DNA of 64,000 nucleotides from Candidatus Adiutrix intracellularis (GTDB lineage: Bacteria; Desulfobacterota; Desulfarculia; Adiutricales; Adiutricaceae), in NCBI GenBank assembly GCA_001577715.1, contig LQAA01000069.1, forward strand, positions 3,703 through 67,702, in the 5' to 3' direction. The stretch's first letter is position 1, and each line of letters begins with the position of its first letter. Made by a program: the position numbers and the translations under genes. Below are positions 1 through 11,059 of this stretch, piece by piece. The notes under the pieces are model-generated. The model saw only the letters and a list, made by a program, of their open reading frames with translations, had not been told where the DNA came from and did not search any database.

Positions 1-1740
1 CTGAAAAGAACGGCCGACGAAATACTCATCTATTGGGCGGCTATCTAGCCGTCCAGCCCACCTAATGAATCAACACAACCCTTAATCCAGCCACTGAACC
101 TAGCGACCAATAACCTCCTATCCCCACTCTGGTTGACTCTTTCCACCCCCGGCCCCCGCCCTAACCTATCTGGAACTCAATTCCAACTTGCCCGTAAATC
201 CTGCTACCCCTGTCGAACTAAGCCTACAACTACTAGAGAAATCTAGCCTGGCCAATCCTGTTACGTCTTAGCTCTAACCGGGAAGACTCATTAACTTAAT
301 ACTCGAGGAATTAAGTCTCCCCCCCCTACCCCTCCGGCCAAATCTTTATAGACGAACCCGAAGGCTTCCGCTACTGACCACTAACGCCTCTAATCATTCT
401 AAAACTATCCTTCGAAATTCCCTGCTTAAACCATCCCTGGAGTTTAATTTCCTTTGATCTCGACCGCCTAACTCTGGCCTTAACCCTAACCCGAAACTAG
501 ATCTAGCTGACCGAACGCAACACTTGGCTCACCGCCCACCGGATAGTAATTCACTCCTAGCCACCTGACGAACTCACCCCTCCTCACCGCACCAATCCGA
601 ATCTGCCCCCAGTTTTCGGGAAACTCTAGATAAGGTTAAAAAATAAGTCTGGACCTTCTACTAGCAGCAGCCCCTAACCGAATATTTTCTGACCGCATCC
701 CGCCGGCAAGGGTAAAAAACTATTCTAAACACTCTACTCAACCCTGAGGTCAACAAAATCTAGCCGATACCCTCAGCTATCCACACCCTGTTCATCTACG
801 GCTATCTCATAAACCTAGCCTCCTCCAACTTCCCGGGTTTCATCGCTGTAGTGGATAAACGCCACTTTACTTTCGGCCACTTTATCAAAGAGATTAAAGC
901 GGGCTTAAATCTAGAGCGGCCTCAGCTAACCTCTGATTCTGATAAATCAAGAATAATTACATAGGGTCGATAACGAGCAGCCGCTGAATCTTAACTAGTC
1001 TAGACTATCATCTCCCCCTCCGGCCGTCTGGGCTAACGGTAATTATTCGTAGCCCCCCTACTACGTACGGAATTAATCTCACAACTTCTTACCAACGGCA
1101 GAATCGCGGCCGAGCCAAGGATTGGGCCTACTCCCCCAACTACCCCAAACTACCAGCCGCGCTACCCTATCTACCGACTAATTCCAAATAATACATCATG
1201 AGCAACCATCTGCGATCAAAAATACAGGTCTTCCATAGACCCCCCTCTCCCTCTTCGACTATGGTGAAGCTAAAGTTATTTTTTGAAGGAATTTACCCTT
1301 CCACTACATTATCATCCGTAAAAAGAAATAATGATTATCCTCCTCCTAACAACGGCCGGCCATCGTATCGACCTAATCGGTCTAAGCGTTGGCTATCTAC
1401 CCACCCTTTTCACTAAGCACCTACCCTTAATATGTGCCGCCCCGCCTATCCAACCTTAATTTTCTAGTTCTCTACTAGAGCCACCTGATTCCAAGGAGGC
1501 TACTCGTGTAAAACTTTCATCAAAGCTCCCGCCTAACCTTTCAGAATTAACCCAAAATACTCTGGCCACCTTCGATTCCTTTCTGAGTCTAAAAAATCCG
1601 CTCCAGCAAACTATAGTTCTGGCCCGAGCGCCGAGTAACCTAAGCACCCCGCTCTGGAACCGGACCGCCCTCACGGCGATCTTTACAACTTGAACAAAAA
1701 AAACTACTCTAAAATTTTGTAGCTAAATCCAAAGACTGAA
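1..1740 (+). pseudogene. Decayed protein-coding region of unidentified product (5' part outside window)
   Basis: Plus-strand frames give long Leu-rich protein-like stretches (LKRTADEILIYWAAI*..., FIDEPEGF..., IDLIGLSVGYLP) broken by stops and frameshifts. Base composition is gene-like rather than AT-rich spacer. No family recognised. Confidence 0.35.
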
Positions 1741-1755
1741 GTTATATCCTAAAAA

Positions 1756-2592
1756 TTAAGACCAGTGAAGTTTCTGGCGAAGAATATCGGTAAAATTCCG
1801 GCGTGGGTTGATGATAAGGTTAAGGCCCCTTTTATGACACCGGGCGATAATATGATCACCTGGGTTGAGAGGAATGCTGACCTGGCCGTCAGCGGTGAGA
1901 TGAATATCCTGATCAAAGCTCTCGCTATCCACAATCATTTCTACAGGATAGACAGAGGGTAAAATTAAAGGCCGGCTTGTTAGGCTAAAAGGACAGATAG
2001 GCGTCACCACTACGACTTCGAGAGTAGGATAGATCATAGGACCACCGGCCGAGAGGTTATAGGCCGTAGAGCCAGTAGGGGTGGAAACTATAACCCCATC
2101 GGCCCGGAAGGCCCAACGACCGAAATCCTTGACCTCTAAGTTCAGAGTGATAATACGCGAAAGGGCACCCTTATTAACTACCACTTCATTCAAAACCAAG
2201 ACCTGAGCTATTTTTCGTCCCTTGCGCTTAACAATTACATCTAGGGCCAGACGTTTTTCCCGGCGGAAGCGACCAGCCAAAATTTCGGTTATCATCTCCA
2301 TAAATTGGGCCGGCTCGGTTTCGGCTAGAAAGCCCAAATGACCTAAGTTAACCCCAAAAAGAGGTGTTCCGGTCAAACCCCAAGCTCGGGCCGCATATAA
2401 AAGAGTACCGTCTCCGCCTAGAGAAATGACTAGATCCGGGCTAAAACTGACCAAGGGCTTAATCGGCTCAGCTTGGTCTGAACATTCCAACCAAACCTCA
2501 AGGCCGCGCTTTTCCAAAAATATGGTCACCCACTGGGCAAGTTCGGCGCTAAGTTCGTCGTCTTTATAGATAACAACTACCTGCCGCCACAA
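1756..2592 (-). CDS. nadK: NAD(+) kinase
   Basis: SLGGDGT, GVNLGHLGFL, LNE and DGVIVSTPTGSTAYNLSAGGP motifs; TTG start with GGAGG RBS upstream. Confidence 0.95.
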   Translation of the reverse strand: MWRQVVVIYKDDELSAELAQWVTIFLEKRGLEVWLECSDQAEPIKPLVSFSPDLVISLGGDGTLLYAARAWGLTGTPLFGVNLGHLGFLAETEPAQFMEMITEILAGRFRREKRLALDVIVKRKGRKIAQVLVLNEVVVNKGALSRIITLNLEVKDFGRWAFRADGVIVSTPTGSTAYNLSAGGPMIYPTLEVVVVTPICPFSLTSRPLILPSVYPVEMIVDSESFDQDIHLTADGQVSIPLNPGDHIIARCHKRGLNLIINPRRNFTDILRQKLHWS

Positions 2593-2689
2593 AGTAAGCC
2601 TCCCTTTCTTTTCAAAATGATCGACTTAATTTATCTAAAAAAGTATTATATCACAGCCGGAGCTAGCAGAGACAACTTTATAGGACAAA

Positions 2690-3852
2690 ACGATAAGACA
2701 ATCAAACTCTTCTACCTCATCACCCTAGGCTATGCCAGAAATCTAGTGGATATCGAACGCTTTTCCGCTTTAGCCACCCGTAACCTAGGTCTAACCCTCA
2801 CTACCAATCAGGAAGTGACTGCCCTCAATGTATTTAGCACTTGCACCTTTCTTCAAACCACAGTAGAAACTGTACAGACTTTGAAACCCAGGCCGTAACT
2901 CTTCCTGAAACTTTCACCCACAACCCTAGCCCGCCCCAGGTTTACCGCAGAAAGACAGCCAGTCGGAGGCCACCGGCCCGGAATACCTTTTTTTCGAGCC
3001 TTTTTGAAAATAGCTAAGGGCTGCAACAACCGCTACGCCTATTACCCCCTCCCTCACTGAGAAGATCTCTAGTGATCCCCCTCCTCCTATAACAGTTAGT
3101 AACCGAGGTAGAAGAACTAGCCGCTACCGACGTACGTGAACTGACCCTAATGTACAGAAATTAACTATCTATGGCCGCAACCGAGGCGCGTCCGAAGCGC
3201 TAACTGCTCTACTTAAAAACTTAAACCAATTGCCAAGCTTAAAGACTAAGAACTAAATCTAACCGCTCAGGCCCTGGCAGAAGCTTATAATATTTACTAT
3301 CTTTTTAAAATAAGGAGCTCTATTTTATAGTATATAAAACTTCCATAATACACAAAGAGCGAATCAATATCATCTATAAAATAATCTCCGACGATGGCCA
3401 GAACGAACAAGAACTACCCTTTAACTTTTTAGTAATGAGCGACTTTACCCAAACTGAAACCAGGAAGTCAGGCAAGGTTCCATTAACGAGTACAATTCCA
3501 CTAACGCTACTCAAGATAACTTTGATTCAGTTCTCAAAAACTAAAAACTGAAGCTAACTCTACTCAGAGACGATACCCTTAATAGCGAAAACGAAGGGAT
3601 AATATCTCTAACTATTGAATTAATCTAACTAATTTATGTTCGAAAGCTTCTTTAACTTAGAACTAAAGCTAAAGAACACCTATCCTTATTATAACTGGTA
3701 TTTTTTTAAAGCTTAAGTAAACAACAATAAAAATAAAGCTATAGCAAAATATATTACACTAGCCCTTAAGCTTCGCTTTCTCAAAAAAGATAAGAGTTCA
3801 GACATTATCACTTTGTTAGCATACTCACTCAGGCGACCAAGGAATTATCTTG
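2690..3852 (+). pseudogene. rimO: RimO (ribosomal protein S12 methylthiotransferase) pseudogene
   Basis: LITLGYARNLVDIE...STCTFL matches the UPF0004 N-terminus (SLGCxKNLVDSE...NTCxFI). AFLKIAKGCNNRYAYYPLP is the eroded radical-SAM CxxxCxxC region; EVEELAATDVRELTL follows. Multiple stops and frameshifts. Confidence 0.8.
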
Positions 3853-3878
3853 ACAATATAGTGGAATATTAATAAACT
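3850..3878 (+). promoter_or_regulatory. sigma70 promoter of tRNA-Arg
   Basis: TTGACA (3850-3855), 17 bp, TAAACT (3873-3878), 12 bp before the tRNA. Confidence 0.65.
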
Positions 3879-3890
3879 AAACTAGATTAT

Positions 3891-3967
<77 letters not shown>

Positions 3968-3975
3968 ATTAAATT

Positions 3976-4013
3976 AAGGGCTTCACAGAATAAATTTGGA
4001 GCCCTTGTTTTTT
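3976..4013 (+). terminator. Intrinsic terminator after tRNA-Arg
   Basis: AAGGGCTTC...GGAGCCCTT hairpin followed by GTTTTTT. Confidence 0.6.
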
Positions 4014-4047
4014 GGTAAATTAATTCAACTAGTCACATAATAAACTA

Positions 4048-4346
4048 AATATTAGTTAAAAATAATGTAATATTTAAATTTTTATAATGATACTATTTTT
4101 CTATAATAAAATTATATAGCTATAATATTAATTTATTAAAAAATAGATTCCTTTACTCCCCATTATGTTAATCAAGTTCCTAAAATATTACTCAATTTTT
4201 TGGTTAGTTAGAAAAAATTAACAAAAAATAATTTATTCTTACAAATAATTACAATACTTTATAAAAAGCACCCCTTTAGGTACGATTTTAAATTTATTTA
4301 GTAAGTAAAAAAATTAAATCGTGAAACTCCTCCCGACGAATGCATA
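4048..4346 (+). mobile_element. MITE family copy 1 (~300 bp)
   Basis: Shares the core AAAATAGATTCCTTTACTCCCCATTATGTTAATCAA...TAGGTACGATTTTA with five other loci; right end CCGACGAATGCA; eroded flanking duplication TAATA(AA)CTA/TAATACTA. Confidence 0.75.
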
Positions 4347-4373
4347 ATATACTAAAAATAAATTGGTCTTAAA

Positions 4374-5698
4374 CTAAACTTCCAGCGATTTTTTGCTGAA
4401 ATATGCTAAAATTAATAGTAAAGTATCTATTATTCTAATACATACCTTTATAAATAATACTTTTCTATTAACTTATATCAAATGTTATATTATTATTCGG
4501 TCGTACACACAGATCCAATACTAACTCGTGGTTAACCTCCAGCTATTCCCCTACAAGAATCGTACTGAGAAAACGGAAGGGCTAAAAAGGAACCCTGGCC
4601 AACTTTTCCTGCCTTGTTTCTGATACAATCTATTTGATTAAATGCAACACCAAAGGGAATCTTCCGTTTCAGCCACGGAATCTTTCTTTATCATTTAATT
4701 AAAACTCATAGTCACATTCAGATTATTATAACGCCATGAAAAAATTTAGACCACCAAATTTTATTTCCTCCAAATTAAACCCTAAGTGAGATTTAACCTT
4801 GACTATAATAGTCGCACGCATTATTTCTTCCAAAAATAAATTGGTGACACCCACTCCTCAAGATATATCGAAGGCAGATATCATCCTTTAGCCTAATCTA
4901 GTTACAGCCGCAACAAAAAACAATGTTGGTTCCTAAAAATATTAAAATTATAAAAGTTAAAAAATACCGCTTAGATTACCGTCTTGTATTTAACCGCAGT
5001 TTACGGATTAATTGAAAGTAAAAATCTACAACTGAGTCTTTTCCATGAAAAAAATACTTTAATTTTAAAATTAAAGACAACAGTTTCCTCTTTTCTCGAG
5101 AGGATAAAAGCATTGTAACGGAAGCTATTCTTAATGATATCTATATTATCAAAACTTCGATTACTTCGAAAAAAAATAAGCGTCACCGACTGCGTTTACA
5201 ACTACAAATAATCATCATAAATGGAACGAACCTTCTGTACGGTAAAAACTATCGGAAAAAAATTAGACCACTTTATTGCTATACAGAATCGAGAGTTCAG
5301 ACGCATTTATTTTTGTACGTGTTGGCCTGTTATATTGAATAACACATGCATAAAACCTGGAAAAAATTAACTTTTACCACTAAAGAATTAGTTTAAAAAA
5401 ATCCGCACCCCCATAGCACTAGTGCAAAGCTTAGACAGTACCAAACAAAAAGGACTATGAAGAATTAATTCCAGCTTCTCACCTTCGCAAATATTTTAAC
5501 CAACCTTGCCAGCATCGGCTTCAATATATTTTAAGCACTCTTTAACACGCAAAATACCAACTAAGAACTTTTTACTTTTAACACCACGACCTAACCCTCG
5601 CTTTGATTATAAAAAGTTCTCGATCTGATTCAAATTAAAAATCCTGCCCCTTAAAAATACATTTAATTTAGTATATCGAAGAATGAAAGTTTAAGTTA
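4374..5698 (+). mobile_element. IS1634-family relic with internally deleted, fragmented transposase
   Basis: PPAIPLQESY*ENG..TLANFS (N-terminus), DLTLTIIVARII, LQLSLFHE, DIYIIKTS, ERTFCTVK, RVQTHLFLYVLACYIE*HM. Left end TAAACTAAACTTCCAGCGATT resembles the reverse complement of the right end at 62695-62714. Confidence 0.85.
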
Positions 5699-5849
5699 AC
5701 CAAAAATAATTTTCTCTCTATATCACCGCAATATCTCAAAATATATTTTTCACACAACCAATCCTATTTTCCTCACGAATAATTCTCAATTATATTTTTA
5801 AGCCCGCCATCTTGAACCCCAAGTTCTTAGACCAATACTTTACAAATAA

Positions 5850-6330
5850 TTTGATAAATTTATTAAAAGGCTTTATTGACTTGAGTAAAGCCAATCTACT
5901 AAAAATATATTTAAGGGAAACGCCAGTTAAAGAGATTGATTCCGTATGGCGAAACTAAATGAAGTCAATCTCAACGGCATCAATCTCCATATGGTTATCT
6001 TGGCAAAACCAATTTACAGAAAAATAATCTTGATCGAACTAACCTCACCTGAGTCAATCTTAATAGGGTTAATCCTAATAGATCTCATTTTACTGGAGTC
6101 AATTTAAGCGGAGCAATACTCTTTTTAGTTTAAAAGTTTATTATATTTTATCGAAAGATATCTGGCTATAAATATTGAGGAATATGCTAATCTTTCATCT
6201 AAATCTCAAACACTTTATAAAGCGAAGTTATCACCGACTCCCAAAAATAAATTAGAAACAAAATATCCAAGTCTTTTTTTACCGAAGCCAACTAACTATC
6301 AGCTTTTATCGGAGCTACAGGAAGCGCCAG
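5850..6330 (+). pseudogene. Pentapeptide-repeat protein pseudogene
   Basis: LSKANL..LNEVNLNGINL..TNLT*VNLNRVN..GVNLSGAIL repeats plus a TLYKAKL..KYPSLF tail; stops and frameshifts. Confidence 0.7.
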
Positions 6331-6367
6331 ATAAAAATAAATGAACGACGCGTGATAACTATCCAAC

Positions 6368-6409
6368 TAAAAAGACCGGAAATCATTTATTTTATTAGAT
6401 TTCCGGTCT
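6368..6409 (-). terminator. Intrinsic terminator downstream of tmRNA
   Basis: Perfect 12-bp stem AGACCGGAAATC/GATTTCCGGTCT followed by a T run on the minus strand. Confidence 0.75.
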
Positions 6410-6435
6410 CTATCGAACTCCATCGGATTTTCTAC

Positions 6436-6791
6436 TGGTGGAGGCGGCGGGAATTGAACCCGCGTCCGAAGATTTTCCCCCGAAGTATCTACAGGCTTAG
6501 GCCATTATTTAAATCTCACCCCGATAGCGCCAATGGACAGGCTCTCCCGAAGGCCAGCGAAAAGATTTTCTTATTCCATTTGTCCTTCCACAACCAAATG
6601 AAACCAGCCCATTTAACCACACCCCGCAATCGCCCCGGGCCAGGTCGACTGTAGAATGCTGGCCTAAGCGGCCAGTGCGTACTCGTAAGAGTCTGCTTTT
6701 GTATTTAAATCCCAAATGGATTAACGAGTCACCGGGTCGCTCGGCCTGCCGCTGCGAGTTCAATTATCCCCGTCGAAACCATATCGCCCCC
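6436..6791 (-). ncRNA. ssrA: tmRNA
   Basis: 5' GGGGGCGATATGGTTTCGAC, 3' GGTTCAATTCCCGCCGCCTCCACCA; internal tag frame ending YALAA*. Confidence 0.97.
6664..6696 (-). other. tmRNA tag reading frame ADSYEYALAA*
   Basis: GCA GAC TCT TAC GAG TAC GCA CTG GCC GCT TAG on the minus strand. Confidence 0.9.
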
Positions 6792-6804
6792 TTTATCTTT
6801 ATCT

Positions 6805-6833
6805 AAGATAAATCCTAACCCGCAATATTGCAA
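6805..6833 (-). promoter_or_regulatory. Putative sigma70 promoter of ssrA
   Basis: TTGCAA, 17 bp, TATCTT, 13 bp before the mature 5' end. Confidence 0.5.
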
Positions 6834-7044
6834 GATATTTTTCTATACAGATCTTTCAGACCCTAGCCAAACTCGGGCGTAGCGGTGTTGAAACCGAACT
6901 TAACCGCTACATAAGCTCCGATGACCTTTTTTTAAAAGAAACGCCGTTTAACACAGCGGGTTAATCCATTAACTAAGCGGCGGAGAGGCTATTTATTGGG
7001 TTATTCAACTAAATTAGTGACTAGTTGCAACAGCTTCTATACTG

Positions 7045-8330
7045 AACCTAAGTCAGACAATTTTTTAATTACTTGTGATAAACTGAATAATAATTAAAGC
7101 TGAGCAACCCAGCAAAATATTTTCATAAAACTAAATGGAGAGCCTCTGATAATCAATGGATTAATATTCTAAAAACCACGAAAAAAGCCACCCGAAAACC
7201 CAGGTCCAAAAATAATGACCATTCTATCTATGTTTAATCTTGTCTATACTTAACATGAACTATTTGGACAGAGCATCCAAAGCCCTTTTATAAAGAGCCT
7301 TTAAAACAGCGGAAACTTTCTTTAAAATATAAGCTTCCCCCCCACAGCTAACAAACATACTACTAGTTAAGTTACAAAAAATTATAAAACTAAGTATAAG
7401 ATATGGGTCTTGCCTTCTGAAAAAAGCTGATAGTCAACTAATTTCGAACTTATTAATCCAGTGCTAATGACTTCAAGCAGTATCTAGTCACGATAAATCT
7501 CTCCACAACGTTTGTAACAATAGGCGGCTCCATGATATTCGATAAGCCACCGGAGGGCACAACCAGTTAAATTCATTACTAAACGATATTTTTAGTTAGT
7601 TTAATAATTAACTCCACATTAAAACCGCAGGTTTTTTACTCTAGGGCAAAGATCTTACTTTAACTAGGTATTCGTCAGAAATAATTTCATTTTTAATTTT
7701 TCTAACGGTACTAAAAATATATACTTATAATATTACTCCATTAAAAATAGATTCATCTACTTTCCACTATATTAGTCAACCCCCAAAAATACTAATTAAA
7801 TTTTTGATTAGTCAGAAAATTTATAAAAAATAAATTATTATTTTTTATAAATAATTACAATATTTTATAATAAAGTACTTTTTTAGGTACGATTTTAGAT
7901 TTTTTTAGTAATCAATAAAGTCTAATTGATGAATATGCGATCTTATCAAGTTCTTCAGAGATAAAAAATATTTGAGACTAGGACTTATGCCCTAGTTACG
8001 CTCCGACTTTGCACTTTTCATTGCGCTTCTTTTATTCATGGGGATTGGTAATATTAGACGATGGAGACTTCGATAGGTTCCTAAAATTCTCTCAGGCTCT
8101 AGCTAGATTAATTTCCTATTCGGTAACTTTATCTCGTAAGGTAGTACTCTCTACTCGTAACAGAGCATTCCAATCGCATAAAACATCAAGTGAACATTCA
8201 AATCTATCTATTATTCTAGAAAGCTTAAAATACTGTATTTTACGATTTACTTGATCCTATAATCACAATATACTATGTTTTTATGTTCATTATAACTACA
8301 TATTACTTAATAATTACCATGAACAGTTAA
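7045..8330 (-). mobile_element. IS66-family relic, 3'-truncated, interrupted by a MITE
   Basis: ENFRNLSKSPSSNITNP..KVGA*LGHKS matches NSRNSSKPPSSD..GGQPGH. Homologous to 54612-56153. Terminal TTAACTGTTCA resembles IS66 GTAA-type ends. Confidence 0.85.
7666..7939 (+). mobile_element. MITE family copy 2, inserted in the IS66 relic
   Basis: Absent from the homologous IS66 copy at ~55755-55775; ends AGGTATTCGTCAG / TTGATGAATATGC; shares the family core. Confidence 0.85.
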
Positions 8331-8625
8331 CGATAGCACAAAAAACATCAGAGAAGATAATAACCTTGTTAAGATGAGCAGTCCCCATAAGTAAACTATG
8401 GTTTTATACCTTATAGATGACATAATAAAAGGCCTTTTTAAGCTTGCTATCCGTAATAACCTCTTTCAACTATAGGTGGTTCTTATAAAATAATCTTTAT
8501 AGCCTTAACCATTAAACAAGGTTTTTCCGCAACTTATCAGTTAAACAAAAAACTCTAATCTCTGTTTTGATAAATATTTTTCATTTAATTGAAAATATAC
8601 TTCCCTCGTAAGCTCCCGGCAACGA

Positions 8626-9345
8626 TTAACCGCTATGAAGCCCGAAAGTAGCCCCCAGAGCCGGTGAGTTGAAAATGGACTCAGGCGGCCCCTGGGCTAT
8701 TATGCGGCGATTTAAACAAATGATCCAGTCCGCATGAGCCCGAGCAGTAGGGAGATCATGACTGACCATAAGAATAGTAAAACGATTTTTAAAACCTTCC
8801 AGAAGCTCACAGAGAAGCTGCTCGCCATAGACATCCACCCCAGTGGCAGGCTCGTCCATAATTAGCAAATCCGGTGTCAGGCTCAGGGCCGATGCCAACA
8901 AAACGCGCTGAAATTCACCCCCAGAAAGATCGCCCAACCGGCGTCCGGCTAGACGCTCAGCCCGAACCTGATTCAGCAGTTCTAGAGCCCTGGCCCTAAC
9001 CACCCTAGCCAACCCCAACCATAAAGGACGGTCAGTGAGGCCCAGAGCCAGAAATTCCAACACGGTCAGAGGCAAGCGGCGGTCAAAATCCAAGCGCTGA
9101 GGAACATACCCTAACCGAATTTTAGAAGGATTAAAAATAACTTGCCCTGTTTTTAAAGGAATCTCACCCAGAATACCCCGTATGAGAGTAGTTTTGCCAC
9201 CGCCGTTAGGGCCAATAACAACTGTCTGGCCACCGATGGGTATAACGGCAGACAAGTTATTCAAAATATCTAGTTGCCCCAGTTTAACGGAGACATTTTT
9301 TATTTCCACTGCCCAAGGACGCGGCGAAAAGGCTGAGAGCGTCAT
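8626..9345 (-). CDS. Zn/Mn ABC transporter ATP-binding protein (ZnuC-like)
   Basis: GPNGGGKTT Walker A, LGYVPQ, LSGGEFQRV signature, LLIMDEP, SHD. Confidence 0.9.
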   Translation of the reverse strand: MTLSAFSPRPWAVEIKNVSVKLGQLDILNNLSAVIPIGGQTVVIGPNGGGKTTLIRGILGEIPLKTGQVIFNPSKIRLGYVPQRLDFDRRLPLTVLEFLALGLTDRPLWLGLARVVRARALELLNQVRAERLAGRRLGDLSGGEFQRVLLASALSLTPDLLIMDEPATGVDVYGEQLLCELLEGFKNRFTILMVSHDLPTARAHADWIICLNRRIIAQGPPESIFNSPALGATFGLHSG

Positions 9346-10334
9346 TTTCGCCGGTGCTGGAGGAAAATATCTTCCGGTTTATCCAACTCAGTCGGAGGTT
9401 GGGTGAAAAGTTTTTCTAGAACTTGAAGATCGGCAAACATAATTTTCTGGTAATAGTCCAATGGAGCATCATCCGGACCAGAGGCAACCGGGTCGATAAG
9501 GACCACGGGCAATTTAGCTTCCACCCCCACCAAGCGGGCCAAATCGACCCGCCCGCCCGGATCAGCTAAAATAGCCCGAACGCCAGCCTCCCTGGCCAAG
9601 GTGGATAATTCGAGCAAACGGGCAACCGAAGGAACCGCCTCATCTTCACTTTCAATGATAGCCACGACCGGTAACCCCATCTCCGCCGCTATATAAGCCA
9701 AACTTTCATGACTTATCATAACCGGGGGATGACCAAGTCTAACCCCAATGGTAGCGAACTGATCTCCCAGGCCTTGGAATTCCACAGCTAGCTTATCAGC
9801 CTTAACCCGATAGATTTCCGCTCTATCAGGATCGATAACGGCTAGGCCGGCAGCGATATTGCGAACTAGACTAGCGGCCAGACCGGGGGCAGCAAAAAAA
9901 TGAGGACCTACCCCTCCCTCCTCCCTCCCCCGGAATCGGAGCTGCGCCTCCGCCAGGTTTATGATCAGGGCGGTCTCCGGGCCGCCGCCGGGCAGACCGG
10001 CGGAAGCGTCAATTATTTTCAGACCAGGCTTAGCCACGCTTAAGGCTCTTTTCAAAAAAGTTTCTAGCCTTAAGCCGCCGGTTATCATAAAATCGGCCTG
10101 AGATAAACATTCCAGTTCCACCGAAGTGAGGGTATGATCGTGGGGACAGCCGGCAGCAGTAACCAAAAGACGAGAAGTAAGCTCCTTCCCGCCTTCAAGG
10201 ATATTACGGGTAAACAAGTAGATCGGAAAAATGGTAACCAGAATTTCCTGCCTCGCCCAACCCAGCCGAGCCGGGATCAAAACTAAAACCAGAATTAAAA
10301 CGACGCTCCGCAGAATCAGAATTAATTTTTTCAT
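9342..10334 (-). CDS. Zn/Mn ABC transporter substrate-binding protein (ZnuA/TroA-like)
   Basis: Signal peptide; VTIFPIY, CPHDHTLT, GPHFF and SHES metal-ligand segments; ATGA overlap with the ATPase gene. Confidence 0.85.
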   Translation of the reverse strand: MKKLILILRSVVLILVLVLIPARLGWARQEILVTIFPIYLFTRNILEGGKELTSRLLVTAAGCPHDHTLTSVELECLSQADFMITGGLRLETFLKRALSVAKPGLKIIDASAGLPGGGPETALIINLAEAQLRFRGREEGGVGPHFFAAPGLAASLVRNIAAGLAVIDPDRAEIYRVKADKLAVEFQGLGDQFATIGVRLGHPPVMISHESLAYIAAEMGLPVVAIIESEDEAVPSVARLLELSTLAREAGVRAILADPGGRVDLARLVGVEAKLPVVLIDPVASGPDDAPLDYYQKIMFADLQVLEKLFTQPPTELDKPEDIFLQHRRK

Positions 10335-11059
10335 AGTCTAATCACCTGATTAGCCTCCGCCTAGGCTTTAATAACCTCATATATGTTACTGATACGCTTA
10401 CCTTTAAGCTGGTCTATAAAGTTAAAATATTCTAAGCAATTGCCTTAAGCTATAACCGTGAACCCCCCCTCTACCAAATCACACAAGGCATAAGCTATGA
10501 CTAACTCGCGGGTAGTAAAAAAATCTAATGCTATAAAAGACCAAAAGACAGAAGGGAGGGGTCGGGTATCAAAAAAAAGTAATAGTTAGCTTAGTACCCA
10601 ACGGCTCATCCGCCCGCGCCCATATCCTAGCTGCCGACCAGCACCACGACCCCCCAATTTCGTTCAACTAGCATCGCCAGGATCGCAACTAAAAAACCAA
10701 CGCTAAGATTCCAAGCAGGCTGCAATAAATCAAGAATCAGCTCATCTTCACCTATATCTTCCAAAACGGTCACCAACCGGCAGGGCCGTACAAGACCAAA
10801 ATTTCGGGTTAAGCGGACTCCCGTCCTAAAACTAACCAACATTCCCTCTGCCGGTAAGTCTAAGCTTTCAACTCCGTCCTCTCCAAAAAGACTGAACCGG
10901 AAGCGGCCAAAATCTTATCGTACAGGCCAACAGTCAAAGGACTCCAGCGGCCTTCAGCTAAAGTAACCTGAGTTTTAAAAAGCGTCTGGAGATAAGCTAA
11001 CCCGATCAAATCTAGATGAAAAATGTTAATTATAAAACTATCCACCGTACCCTTCTTCA

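Noticed and set aside
6860-7030. PBP2-like fragment (LGRSGVETELNRY)
   Set aside because: It is a single short motif with no supporting context.
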